Assembly (NCBI RefSeq): GCF_009914755.1
Contig: NC_060930.1
Strand: one strand, 5' to 3'
DNA from: the human T2T-CHM13v2.0 reference genome, Homo sapiens
DNA length: 64,000 nucleotides
Of this stretch, positions 1 to 12,699 are shown one piece after another. The translations under genes and the position numbers were made by a program. Position 1 is the stretch's first letter; every line of letters starts with the position of its first letter. The notes beneath the pieces are model-generated. The model had not been told where the DNA came from. It saw only the letters and a program-made list of their open reading frames with translations, and did no database searches.

Positions 1-213
1 ATACTGTATGACTTTGAATATAACAAATTTAATAGTACCATCAAGCAACATTTATATATACTTATAAGTATATAACCTATAAAACGTAAATCAGCCCACT
101 TCCATGTATACAACAACATATATACTAATAAAAGAGTATCATGCACACACATTTTCCTTAAGCACTCAAAATGAGTCTTCTAGGTCCACCAGACTCTTTT
201 AAAGAATGCTTAC

Positions 214-403
214 CTTGGTGATGTACTTGGCCATCTGAAGTTTGTCTTTTAGGATTTTTTCTCCTAACACTTGCAGGTGAAGAACTGACCAGCGATGATC
301 GGCCAGAAGACTGTGGCGTTTCAAAATCAGATGAGTAAGAATAATGGTGTTTGCCTGCCTTTCTTTCTTGATCAGTACCTGGACTTCCTGCTCTTTCCCC
401 CAT
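214..403 (-). CDS. LCA5: LCA5 (lebercilin) first coding exon, codons 1-63 plus 1 nt; gene continues beyond the left edge of the window
   Basis: Translation [63 protein letters not shown] matches the lebercilin N-terminus as I recall it. Strong Kozak acaATGG at 403. Donor AAG|GTAAGC after 214 (190 coding nt, phase 1). Confidence 0.97.
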
Positions 404-594
404 TGTTTTGAAAAATGGTCTCTATTCACATAATTTCACAGATTATTTTCTCCAGAGGAGACTACGACAATACTGAAAAACATTTTCACAGTCTTCAGAT
501 CCTGATAATATTCATTTCTGTGCAATCTATTTTCTCCACAATGTATTTGTAGACCACAATTCACATTGGCATCCAGAAGATAAACTTTTTTGCC
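404..594 (-). other. LCA5: 5'UTR portion (191 nt) of the ATG-containing LCA5 exon
   Basis: Acceptor tctcctttccccttccttaatttcag|GGCA with AG at 596-595. Confidence 0.9.
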
Positions 595-994
595 CTGAAA
601 TTAAGGAAGGGGAAAGGAGACTTATCATACAGTCTCTACAGTTTCTACAGTTAATTACAATGAAAGACACTAAAAGCAAAATAATATATAGCTTACAATT
701 TTTAAAAGAGGCTACAATTTATCTATATTTTCACAGATAAGTTACTTACAGTATTTGGAGAAAATACAGACTGTCATAGCCTAGATAGATAATAAGTACC
801 TGACATACAACTACTTCTGAATAAATGTTAACTGAAGTTGACTGTTTAATTTTAAGAGTTATACTAGAGGCAAATGCTGAATTTTAATGGACAATAATGA
901 TCAAATCACCAGTTTTTTCTTTTTTAGGCAGGGAGGCAGTGGGAGTGGAAGTAGTGGTGATAGTAAAGAACAAACCTGCTAATAAGAATAAATA

Positions 995-1290
<296 letters not shown>

Positions 1291-2463
1291 CTAAAGTACA
1301 TTTTTTAAAAACTAAAAGAAAAAATACTTGATGAGAAACATTTGCAAACATGACAAAAAATTGTTATCATCTTCAATACATAAATATATCATCCTTTGAG
1401 AAAAATATGAGGTAAAACAATTAAATGGGCAAAATATATAAGACTCCAAAAAGGCAACATAAATTATTAAAGATTTTTCGAAATAATAACACTCAATGCT
1501 GTCAGAGTTGCTATCAGAAAAAGATCCCTAGAGTTTTTTTGGAAAAACACTGGCAAAATGTATTGTCACTTTAATTATGCTTTAACCTTTGATACAATAA
1601 TTTCTGGACTCCAATAAAATAATGCTAAAATTAGGAGAAAAGTTATGTGCAAATATTTAATGTAGTACAGTACTTTTTTTTTAATGGAAGCAAATTAAAT
1701 GCCTAATCATTGAGGAATAATTAAGTATTTTATAAATCCATACAGCAAAATATCATGAAGCTACTGATAATGTTTACAAAAAGTCTGTATTTAAGGAAAA
1801 TGCTTATACTATTATCATAAAGAAAAAATTCAAATTAGTGCATACAGTATGATCTCAACTACACACATTCATTAAAAAAATACTGAAAATACTATTATCC
1901 CTATCTGAATTCAGAAACTGAAAACATTTTCCAAGCAAGGAATACAAGAACACCAAAATAGTCCCTGCCTGACAACATGGATTTTAGATAATTTTATCTC
2001 TCCATTAACATATTCTGGTTTTCTAACACAACAAAATTGGATTACTTTTATAATCCAATTTAGAAGAAACAAACATCTCTGATGAAATTAGTATTAAAAG
2101 TATCGTTCTTCTAGTAATAACATATGAAAGGACATGCACAAGGCAGCACTATTTATTGTAGCACTATTGTAAGTAGAAAACTAAAACAATAAAATGACCA
2201 ATAAGAACTGGTCTTACAAACTATAAACATCCACACAATGAAGTATATGTAATACTATGAAGCTATTAAAGGAATGAAGACTATCTCTGTGTATTGCTCA
2301 TAGTCTGGCATAATCTCTAGGATATACAGAGAAAAGAAAGATGGAAAAAAGCCTGCAGTATGCTACCATTTATCAAGGAAGAAGGGTAACATACATAATT
2401 TTTATATATTTAAGTAGAAGGAGAAATCAAATAATTAAGAAAAATAAAATGGGTTCGCTAGGG

Positions 2464-2668
2464 TAGGGCTGTCCAACAGAACTTTCAGCCAGGATGGAAA
2501 TGTTCTATAGTCTGTGCTGTTCAAGATGGTGGCTGGCCACATGTGGCTATCAAGCACTTGAGATGTTGCTGGTGTAACTGAAGAACTAATTTTTAATTTT
2601 ATTTAATTTTAATTAATTTTAATTTAAGAAGCCACATGTGCTGGTAGTTAGCTTACTAAACAACACTG
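2464..2668. mobile_element. MER3 (hAT-Charlie MITE)
   Basis: gctgtccaacagaactttc...ggaaatgttctata...gccacatgtggcta with internal palindromic arms. Confidence 0.85.
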
Positions 2669-4211
2669 CTACAGGGGAAGGAAGGAAGCAGAGTTTAGGA
2701 AAAGGGATAGAAGCTAGGTTTCTTTGTATATAATTTTTGTAGATTTAACATTGGAAATTACGATTTTTAGAAATGAGATTTTTGAAAAGCAATTCCCATA
2801 AATCAAAATAAAATTAGATAAATCAATCTACATACATGGTTGGTGGTAAAACCACACAAATTAACCAGTTCGAATGACTTTAAAACACAATAACTTGACT
2901 TTATATTCCTAGTGAGACATAATGACCAAAAAAAATTTTTAAAGCCATTCCAATAATCATATTTTGCTACTCAGATATTTTATTCTCAGACTTATACACA
3001 TGTACTGTGAAATAAAACAAATGAGTAATTATTATTGGTGCAGCTGGGCACTAGAATTTTCAACATGGAAGAAGTAAATATAAACTAATGTGAGTTTTAA
3101 AACTTTGACATTCAAAATTTGAATTATGAGTGTCAGTATGAATTTATGATGGCTTTTATTTATTTAAAAAAAACTTCTTCACTTTGTCCACTGAAAAATC
3201 CCAGAAACAAGGAAAAAACTAGGAACATTCCTAGAACCCAGATCTAGTGTCTATATGCCACTTCCCATTGAAAGAACCTAAAGTTCCTTGTGAAATGCCT
3301 GATTCCATTTCTGAGGGAGGAAACACACAAAATAAATCTAAGAATATAGCAACCTGGTCATCCTAGAAAGCAAGGACGCTATCAGATACTACTGATGGAG
3401 TGTCAGTCAAATGGACTCAGGAGCCAACTTCAAGGAACTACTTGCCAAAGACAAGGCAAATTTGTTATCAATACGAATTATATCAGCAAACGATTTAAAC
3501 ATATCAAAAGTGTTTAAATCCTTGAGTTCATATGATATATTTTACAAAAACCTAATTATTCACCTTTGGAAGATTCTAGGAAACCATCTCATTTAATTAA
3601 AAAATTTATATATAAAAAAAATCACACATGCATCTTGCCTATACTCTTAAAAAGCTATTATCTGAAAATAACAAAATATTAGATGGGGGGAAGTATTTCT
3701 TTATGGAATTATTCTAGTTAACAAATAAAAAATAAAATATTAAAATGACAGAATTAGACGAGTGACATTTCACAACTCCTAATGAAATAATGAAGCTATA
3801 TAATGATCATAAATGGCTGTATTGCTACAGAAAAGTAACAGCCAGACACCATGTCTCTGATAGGACACAATAATACTTCTGAAGTAATCTCCCCTCCTCC
3901 CCACAAAAATTAAATCTGAATCTACTGAAGCCTGTAAATGTAAATGACACTGAAAGTAGGAGAGAGATCGAGGTACAAAGAAGCAATCAGAAAAAATCCA
4001 GACTGTAGCAAACTCTACAGGAAAAACTAGATTCTTTAATGAAGAAATTGCAAGCAGAACAAGAGAGAGGAGAGAAGAGGGTATTTATATAATAAGAAAG
4101 TCTCAAGAAACAACCACCAAGTGCAATCCATGGACAGTATTTCACTCCTGATTACAATAAATTGTATTAAAAAATTATAATCAAGAAAATTTAAACACTA
4201 TTTATTGTTAT

Positions 4212-4354
4212 TAGAGACAGAGTTTTGCTCTGTTGCCTAGACTGGAGTGCAGTGGCATGATCATGGCTTACTGCAACCTTGAACTCCTGGGCTCAGGCAA
4301 TCCTCCCACCTCCTGAGTAGCCAGAACTACAGGCATGCGCCACCACGCCCAGCC
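4212..4354 (-). mobile_element. Alu monomer (FRAM / AluJ right arm)
   Basis: agagacagagttttgctctgttgcc...ccaccacgcccagcc. Confidence 0.85.
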
Positions 4355-4869
4355 CTGACCACATATTTAATATTAAGGAATTATATTGTTTTAGGTGAGA
4401 TGTTGATACTGTCTTTTTTTTTTTTAAAGAATCTTTATCTTTTAGAGATATATGTTCAAATATTTATAAATAAAATTGTCTGGGGTTCGCTTCAAAATTA
4501 ACCCAAAGGAAAATGGGTAAGGGTAAAGATTATACAAAATTGACTGTGAGTTGATGATTATGTAAACTGATAGAAGACTTTTGAATTAATTATTCTAATA
4601 TTTCCAATTCTGTATTTGTTTGATATTTTCTTTAGAAGAAATATTTTAAAAAGCAACAAAAAACACAACTTTGATTTTACTTCTGATGTGTCTAGCAATC
4701 GCAGTCTCTATCAAAATTAGCAACTGTATCTAAAATCAACAATTCCTATGGCAAGTACTAATATTAAAAATATACATAAATCAGCCTGAATCTTTCACTC
4801 TGCAATCAAGTGAAAAAATATTTACACATGAAAAAAATTGTCTAGAAAAAAAGGATAATGATAACAGCA

Positions 4870-5055
4870 AGTAAGTGGCTCTAGCACTCATTAGCTATGT
4901 AAATCTGGAGCGTTTACCTCTCAATGTAAGTCTAACTTTTTAAAATGTAAAATGGTAATATTACTAGTAACTACTTTAGAGAATTCTTGTGAGGATTAAA
5001 TGGGATAATTCAATAACTATTACACAGTAAGAACTTGGTAAATATCAACAATTAT
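4870..5055. mobile_element. MIR fragment
   Basis: tgtaaaatgg...ttgtgaggattaaatgggataat MIR core. Confidence 0.65.
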
Positions 5056-5994
5056 ATTAGCAATTCAAACACATATGAGATGCTCAGTAAATTATAACTG
5101 ATGTTCTTTGTCAACAGCTTTCAGTTTAAATTCCAATAATATAATTAAAAGTTGGTTACATGGTAAAGATGAAAATTATTTCTGCTTACATTTGCGTAGC
5201 AGAAGTAGCTTCCTAGGAACTCCCTATCCTATCTAAATCCGAGGGGCCCACCAACTTTCTATGGCAAAGGGGAAGAATACACACAGTGTTCTCTCCCTGC
5301 CCCCCCTCAAATACTTCCACATAGTTCCATAAAAATAAGTAAATAAAGGAAATATCCAATGTCCCATTATCCAAGTCCTGCTCCCTGAAACAACCATTTT
5401 AATGGCTTATACCTTTATATGTACGCTATATCTTAAGTTAGCAATTTTAGACTATGAAAGATGAGTATTTAACTCACCCTTCATTTTATATGATTGCAAC
5501 ATGCAACCACATGTTGGTTATGCATGGTTTTTCTCTTAGAATTCCTAATTGTCTTTTTTTTCCTATTAAGTGGAAAAAACGTTTCTTATATCACTAATAT
5601 CTACCAGCTTCTTAATCTACCAATAGCCTGAAGTCCATTCCATTCTTCCTCCTAAAGACATTTTCCTCGAATTTCCTATTCTAATTTAAACCAACTACAT
5701 TCTAGACCTATTGTACTGCTGTCATTCTGGAATTACTTTTATTGAATTCCTGAGTTAGTGCACTATTTCATTTAGACCATGTCATGTTTATTAGTTTCCA
5801 TCATCATTTTACTGGTCCACATCCTTAAATAATTTCTTCAGAAAGGGTTTATGGTTTAGGAAGTAAATGTTCTAAGTCCTTGCATGCCTGAGAATGTCGT
5901 TATTTTACCTCACACTTGTTACTTTTCATACATTCCAAATTCTAGGTTATTTTCTCTCAGAACTTTGAAGACACTGCTTCACTGTCTTAAACCC

Positions 5995-6094
5995 TCAGCA
6001 TTGTTTGTGAGACATGTTATAATCATTCTTTTATTCAAAATATATCAGCATTATTTGTGACACATGTTACAGTCACTCTTTTATTCAAAATATA
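5995..6094. repeat. 50-bp tandem duplication (2 copies)
   Basis: tcagcattgtttgtgagacatgttataatcattcttttattcaaaatata at 5995-6044, repeated with a few changes at 6045-6094. Confidence 0.9.
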
Positions 6095-6671
6095 TTTCTT
6101 GAGCTCTATGTAGCAGTAATGAACAGAAAGTCAATTAATGAACAGAAAGTAAATTCCCTTAGGGAATTTACACTCTAGTTATACTAAAACAGATTCTCAT
6201 TCCTTTATAGGTTATCTTTTTCCTTTTTTCGCTCCCTAGGTGCTTTTAGGGCTTTCCCTCTTGTTATACTGAAATTTCACAAGAACATAAATACCAGTGA
6301 GCCTTTTTTGTTGTGTTGGGACCCTTTCTCCCCCTCTTCCTTTCAATCTGGAAATCTGTATCTTTAAGCACCAGAGGTTTTCTTATATTGTTCTTCAGAT
6401 AATTAACCTTTTTTTCATTTTCTTTTTGAAATTTCTCCTAGTTAAATAATAAGGCTACTTTTTTCTTCTATTTTCAAAGAGTTTTTTTCAATTTATCTTC
6501 TAAACCATCATTTAAAAAATTATGCCAATATCTTCATTTCCAAGAACTCTTTGTTGTTCCGATTTTTAAAATAATTATTCTGTTCTCGCATTACTGAGGT
6601 AATATATTTTTTTCTCTGAGTATACTACATAAACATTTTCTGTTTAAAGTCTCTTCTGATCCAAGAATTAC

Positions 6672-6777
6672 CTCTGCTTCATGTAGTGTCAGCTTTTCTG
6701 TTTCTTTATCTTGGGCTTTTTATTTACATACTTCTGGTTTTATTCCTTTGAAGATAATTTCTGGTTGATCATTTATA
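6672..6777 (-). other. LCA5: Alternative (cassette) non-coding 5'UTR exon of LCA5, 106 nt
   Basis: 30-nt polypyrimidine tract (6810-6781) + AAG| at 6778; candidate branch CTCAT at -33; donor GAG|GTAATT after 6672. Consistent with my recollection that one LCA5 isoform has an extra ~106-nt UTR exon. Confidence 0.75.
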
Positions 6778-6799
6778 CTTAAAAAAAAAGAAAAGAGAA

Positions 6800-7287
6800 G
6801 GAAAGGAAATGAGACCACTCCTAGGAAATCCCCTCGTTTTAGCAGACCAGCTGGACCAATTCCTAGGACCCATCTTTTACACCTGGGCTAAAAACAACGT
6901 CTATCATAAATATCCTGTTCACAGGAGAAGAAAGGGGAATAATTAGGAGAGTGGTCATAGCCATCTGGCAGAGGCAACACCCTCCTAGGCAAAAAGTCTT
7001 GCCAGCCAAACAAAAATTTCCAAATGTCAATCCCAACTGGAATAATCACAATCCCAGGGACTGGGCCCAAATGCAGGACCTCAGGAAACTAATAATTAAA
7101 GGGATCAAAGAGTCCATTCCTAGGACACAAAATGTCTCAAAGGCATTCGAAATTCAACAAGAAAAAGAGGAAATTCCCTCTGCATTCCTGCAAAGGCTCA
7201 GAGATCAAATGAAAAAATAGTCCGGATTAGATCCGGAGGACCCAGTAGGGCAAGGCCTCGTGAAAGTTAACTTTGTAACTAACAACT
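6800..7287 (+). mobile_element. Class I ERV (HERV-I/HERVIP10-like) gag capsid fragment, 5'-truncated, defective
   Basis: ADQLDQFLGPIFYTWA ... QEKEEIPSAFLQRLR (major homology region) ... DPEDPVGQGLVKVNFVT; contains a stop and a frameshift. Confidence 0.9.
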
Positions 7288-7390
7288 GACCTTGCAGGCC
7301 AGGGAGTGCAGCTGCAGGTGTGGGGGCGGCAGGAGCCACAAGCCGGAGCAGACAGCCAAGATAACGGTGGACAGTGTGGGAAAGCTAGCG

Positions 7391-7396
<6 letters not shown>
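7286..7396 (+). mobile_element. GC-rich foreign patch resembling an LTR18 (HERV-S/HERVL18) LTR fragment
   Basis: ctgaccttgcaggccagggagtgcagctgcaggtgtgggggcggcaggagcc...ggacagtgtgggaaagctag; sharp composition shift from the A-rich flanks. Family assignment from memory. Confidence 0.55.
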
Positions 7397-8790
<1,394 letters not shown>

Positions 8791-8799
8791 AAAAATCTA

Positions 8800-10810
8800 A
8801 AAAGAAAACATAGGCTGGCCCCATTTCTGGAAGTTAATATGGCTAAAATGGGCTACTATACAAAAAGCAGAACGTCAAAATGGAAACTGGCAGGGAACTC
8901 CTCCCTACCCAATCAAGTTGGTAATCAACGTAACCAAGATGGTAGCACCACAAACTATAAGATTTAATACCTGCCCGGTCTTACCTTGTGGGAATTTGAA
9001 AAATCAGAGACAGCTCTCACAGGCAAATAAGTATCTTTGCCCTGAACCAGATACAGATTACAGCAGCGCATGACTCCGCCCCAGCTGGGATGATGTATGG
9101 TAAACTACCCAATTTCAGGGATGGACGGTAAACACGGGGTGGGTAACTCCGAGCTGGAGACCCTTAAAGAATAAACTACATCTGTCCAAGGGCTCCCTGC
9201 CAAATAACTGCCAGAATTTAAAATGCAATCCTATACTCATCACCATTAACAATCCAGCCATTCTAAACCAAGAACCAAAGGAAGCGTCTTGGGTATAGGG
9301 GTTAAGAGCAGACATCACAGGGAAAGACCCCCTAGGGCAATTCGTTCTCAAAAATCAAAAACTCAACCTCCCATTTGCCTGAGACTACTCCAACTCCAAA
9401 CCCTAATAAACACTTTAGTCCACCAAATAATAACCCTAAAAGGGTAAAAATAATTGAGGTAAAGAATTTAAGGCAAACCTTAGAAATTGAGACAGGGTAC
9501 AGGGATGTGAATGCCTGGGTCGAATGGGTCAAATTTTCGGTACAAGCCCTCAACAAGAGTAACCACTACAAGTGTGCTGCGAAACAACCTCAGGCAAAGG
9601 TGGTTCCATTTCCTCTAGGATAAAATATCAATCCTGAAGGAATGCGTTGCATGTTGGCTCTATACCAGAACAAGGATGCATAGGAAAATGAAACTTATAA
9701 AAGTCTGTCATTGTTCTTTCCTGCATTGCGGAGGTCAAATCCCAGAGCAATTCCCTCGTTCTCTATAGGGAATATAAACCACCCCTCTTGTCTCTCTAGG
9801 TGGGGGGCAGAGTTCAATAAGCCCATGGGAGAATTTTCAACTTGTACCCACATCCCAAACATCAGTGGTAAGGCAATGGCAATCACTCAGCTCTCCACAT
9901 ACCCAGTGCTAACGTCATGTGGTATTGTGGGAAAAGGAACCTCCGTAACCTGTTACCATCCGATTGGATAGGGACTTGTGCTTTAGTCCAATTGGCCATT
10001 CCCCTCTCCCTGGCATTCCATAAGATACCCAAAAATACACATGGCCACCAAAACCAAAAAGATGTAACAAATTCTTTTAATCCCAATATACATGTTAACT
10101 CAATAGGAGTCCCTAGGGAGATGCCTAATGAACTTAAGGCCCGAAACCAAATACTTGCTAGGTTTACGTCAGCACTCTTCTAGTGGTCAACTATTAATAA
10201 GAATGTGGATTAGATTAACTACATCTATTATAATCAACAAAGACTCATCAATTATACTCAGATGCCCTCAAAGGGGGTAGCTAGCCAGTTAAATGCCATC
10301 AGCCAAATGGCCTGAGAAAACAGGCTTGCACTAGACATAATACTAGCAAAAAAGTGGGGCATATGTGTTATGCTGGGTGGGAAACGTTGTACTTTCAATC
10401 TTAACAATACTGCCCCAAATGTAACCATCATGAAAACTTTACAAGGACTAACAACTCTAGGCAACAAACTGGCAGAAAATGCTGGAATTAATAACCCATT
10501 TAGGGGTTGGCTAGAAAGTTGGTTTAAAAAATGGAAAGGCATGGTAGCTTCAATCCTTACATCTCTCATAACTGTGGCAGGAGTCTTAACAGCAGTGGGA
10601 TGTTGTATTATCCCTCGTGTGAGGGGACTAGCACAGAGATTAATTAAAACGGCTATTAATAAGCAAATGCCCATAACTTACCAGCAAAATAACCTGCTAC
10701 TATTAGAAACCAAATTAAACTCACTCTCCTAGAAAGAAAAAAGTTAACAACTTCTAAAGCAATTCAAGTACCAGAAAGGTTTAAATAAAAATGCAACCAA
10801 AGAAAGTAAA
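8800..10810 (+). mobile_element. ERV env (SU+TM) remnant, HERV-I type, with many stops and frameshifts
   Basis: WYCGK..LPSDWIGTCALVQLAIP; SIGVPREMPNELKARNQI; ISD-like ENRLALDIILA followed by CVMLGGKRC (degenerate CX6CC); TM helix GMVASILTSLITVAGVLTAVGCCIIP. Confidence 0.93.
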
Positions 10811-10828
10811 TAGAAAAGAGGAGAGAAT

Positions 10829-11125
10829 TAGTGAGAAAACATTTTAAATGGTCCACTTTCAAGGCATGATAAATCTAAGCACTGGCAGCCAGCCTGCAAA
10901 TGTAACAAACCGCAGGGCTCATGCACCTAGAGGGTCACAATAAGCGAACAGAATGTAGAGGAGGGGTCAGCCAATAAAAGGGAAGAAAGTTTAGTTATTG
11001 GGAAATCGAAATTTAAGAGAGGAAGGAGATGGGGTAATCCATCAGCCTTATAAGGTATCCTTATAAGGGTAACCTTGTGAGGGGTATAAAACTTAGGCAA
11101 CATCCAGGAAGATGGTAACCCCGCA
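10829..11125 (+). mobile_element. 3' LTR (LTR10-family-like), upstream part only
   Basis: Follows polypurine tract aaaagaggagagaa; begins gtgagaaaacattttaaatggtcc; stops abruptly at gtaaccccgcag where L1 sequence starts. Confidence 0.75.
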
Positions 11126-11630
11126 GAATATAAATCATGCTGCTATAAAGACACATGCACTCATATGTTTATTGCGGCACTACTCACAATAGCAAAGACT
11201 TGGAACCAACCCAAATGTCCAACAATGATAGACTGGATTAAGAAAATGTGGCACATATACACCATGGAATACTATGCTGCTATAAAAAAGGATGAGTTCA
11301 TGTCCTTTATGGGGACATGGATGAAGGTGGATACCATCATTCTCAGCAAACTATTGCAAGGACAAAAAAAACCAAACACCGCATGTTCTCACTTATAGGC
11401 GGGAACTGAACAATGAGAACACTTGGACACAGGAAGGGGAACATCACACACCAGGGGCTGTTGTGGGGTGGGGGGAGGGGGGAGGGATAGCATTAGGAGA
11501 TATACCTAATGTAAATGACGAGTTAATGGGTGCAGCACACCAACATGGCACACATATACATATGTAACAAACCTGCACATTGTGCACATGTACCCTAGAA
11601 CTTGAAGTATAATAAAAATATATATATATA
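11126..11630 (+). mobile_element. L1PA 3' end (ORF2 C-terminus + 3'UTR), 5'-truncated
   Basis: MFIAALLTIAKTWNQPKCPTMIDWIKKMWHIYTMEYYAAIKKDEFMSF; G-rich 3'UTR; catgtaccctagaacttgaagtataataaaa. Confidence 0.96.
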
Positions 11631-11740
11631 AACAAGAAATAATTGGTTAACTCATTTATTTCTAACCCAGGTTTTGAGGGATGTCTCTAAATCTGTGAAG
11701 AATATTTGAAATGGTTTGTGCTAACTCAAGTTTAAGAAAG

Positions 11741-12027
11741 ATTATCCTTAGCAAACTAACAAAGCAACAGAAAACCAAATGCCATTATGCCATTATAAGT
11801 GGGAGCTAAATTATGAGAACACATGGACATATAGAGGGGAATGACACACACTAGGGACTATTAAAGGGTGAAGGGTGGGATGAGGGAGGAGATTAGGAAA
11901 AATAACGAATAGGTACTGGGCTTAATACCTGGGTGATGAAATAATCTGTACAACAAACCCCCATGAAACAAGATTACCTATGTAACAAATCTGCACATGT
12001 ACCCCTGAACTTAAAAGTTTAAGAAAG
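11741..12027 (+). mobile_element. Older L1PA/L1PB 3' fragment
   Basis: ataagtgggagctaaattatgagaacacatggac...acatgtacccctgaacttaaaa; possible TSD aagtttaagaaag at 11728-11740 and 12015-12027. Confidence 0.88.
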
Positions 12028-12699
12028 AAAACAAAACAAAACAAAACAATATATTCTTTTCTTTGCTAAACTTCTGATTATTTAGGTTCTATTTTGAAAT
12101 AAGGTGGGTTTTTCTAACCTATGCGTAATACTTATATCATCTCACAATTCATCATTGCATTTAATAAGCAAGTACATCCTTAGGAAATATAACAACCCAA
12201 ATAACTTAACTTTCCTAGAGAATGGAAACTTAGACACTTGTGAAAATTCACTTGTAAAAAATTAGTCCTTAGTCCTTGTAGAAACTTGTAGCTGCCTGGC
12301 TAATTGCACTTCAGAAAAATAGCTCAAATAAGCAAACAGGCAAATAGAATATAAGTTAAATAAAAAAGAAAAGACATAAAAAATTAGACCAAAAAAAAGA
12401 AACAAATAACGATGAGGTAAAGGAAGTAATTATTAAGTTTTCTTGTGAAGTATAAAGCAATAAAAACTACTATAGCTCAACAAGATTACATAACAATTTA
12501 TCACTGGACAGGACCCTAGGAAATCAAGTCTTTCCTTTGCAAAGATTTAGGAAACTGAGGCCCAAACTTACCCAAGTTCACAACTGGTCTAAGATCAGAA
12601 AGCTCCGTTAGTAAAACTTGAAACAGACTGTAAGTTTTCTGACTCTTCGTTGAGTGACCTACTCAATATTTCAATAACAATCAGGTGATAACTACCTCA

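Larger units (their letters stand above)
2080..4640 (+). mobile_element. Old L1 (L1MC/L1MD-like) 3' region, interrupted by MER3 and an Alu monomer
   Basis: A-rich degenerate L1 3'-end motifs (gcagcactatttattgtagc, catccacacaatgaag, tctggggttcgcttcaaaat). Boundaries approximate. Confidence 0.6.
5400..6780 (-). mobile_element. Highly diverged L1M-type sequence, antisense, with a small L2-like insert near 6080-6180
   Basis: T-rich tract with motifs typical of old reversed L1 (ttctctcagaactttgaagacactgcttcactgtctt, ttcatttccaagaactct). Confidence 0.5.

Noticed and set aside
158-213. ORF-track extension [18 protein letters not shown] after LCA5 codon 63
   Set aside because: Read-through into the intron past the AAG|GTAAGC donor.
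199-429. 76-aa ORF overlapping the LCA5 start in another frame
   Set aside because: Starts at GTG, not ATG; no evidence for use and no recognisable homology.
8800-10810. Possible domesticated env (syncytin-like) gene
   Set aside because: Multiple stops and frameshifts, and degenerate furin site and CX6CC.
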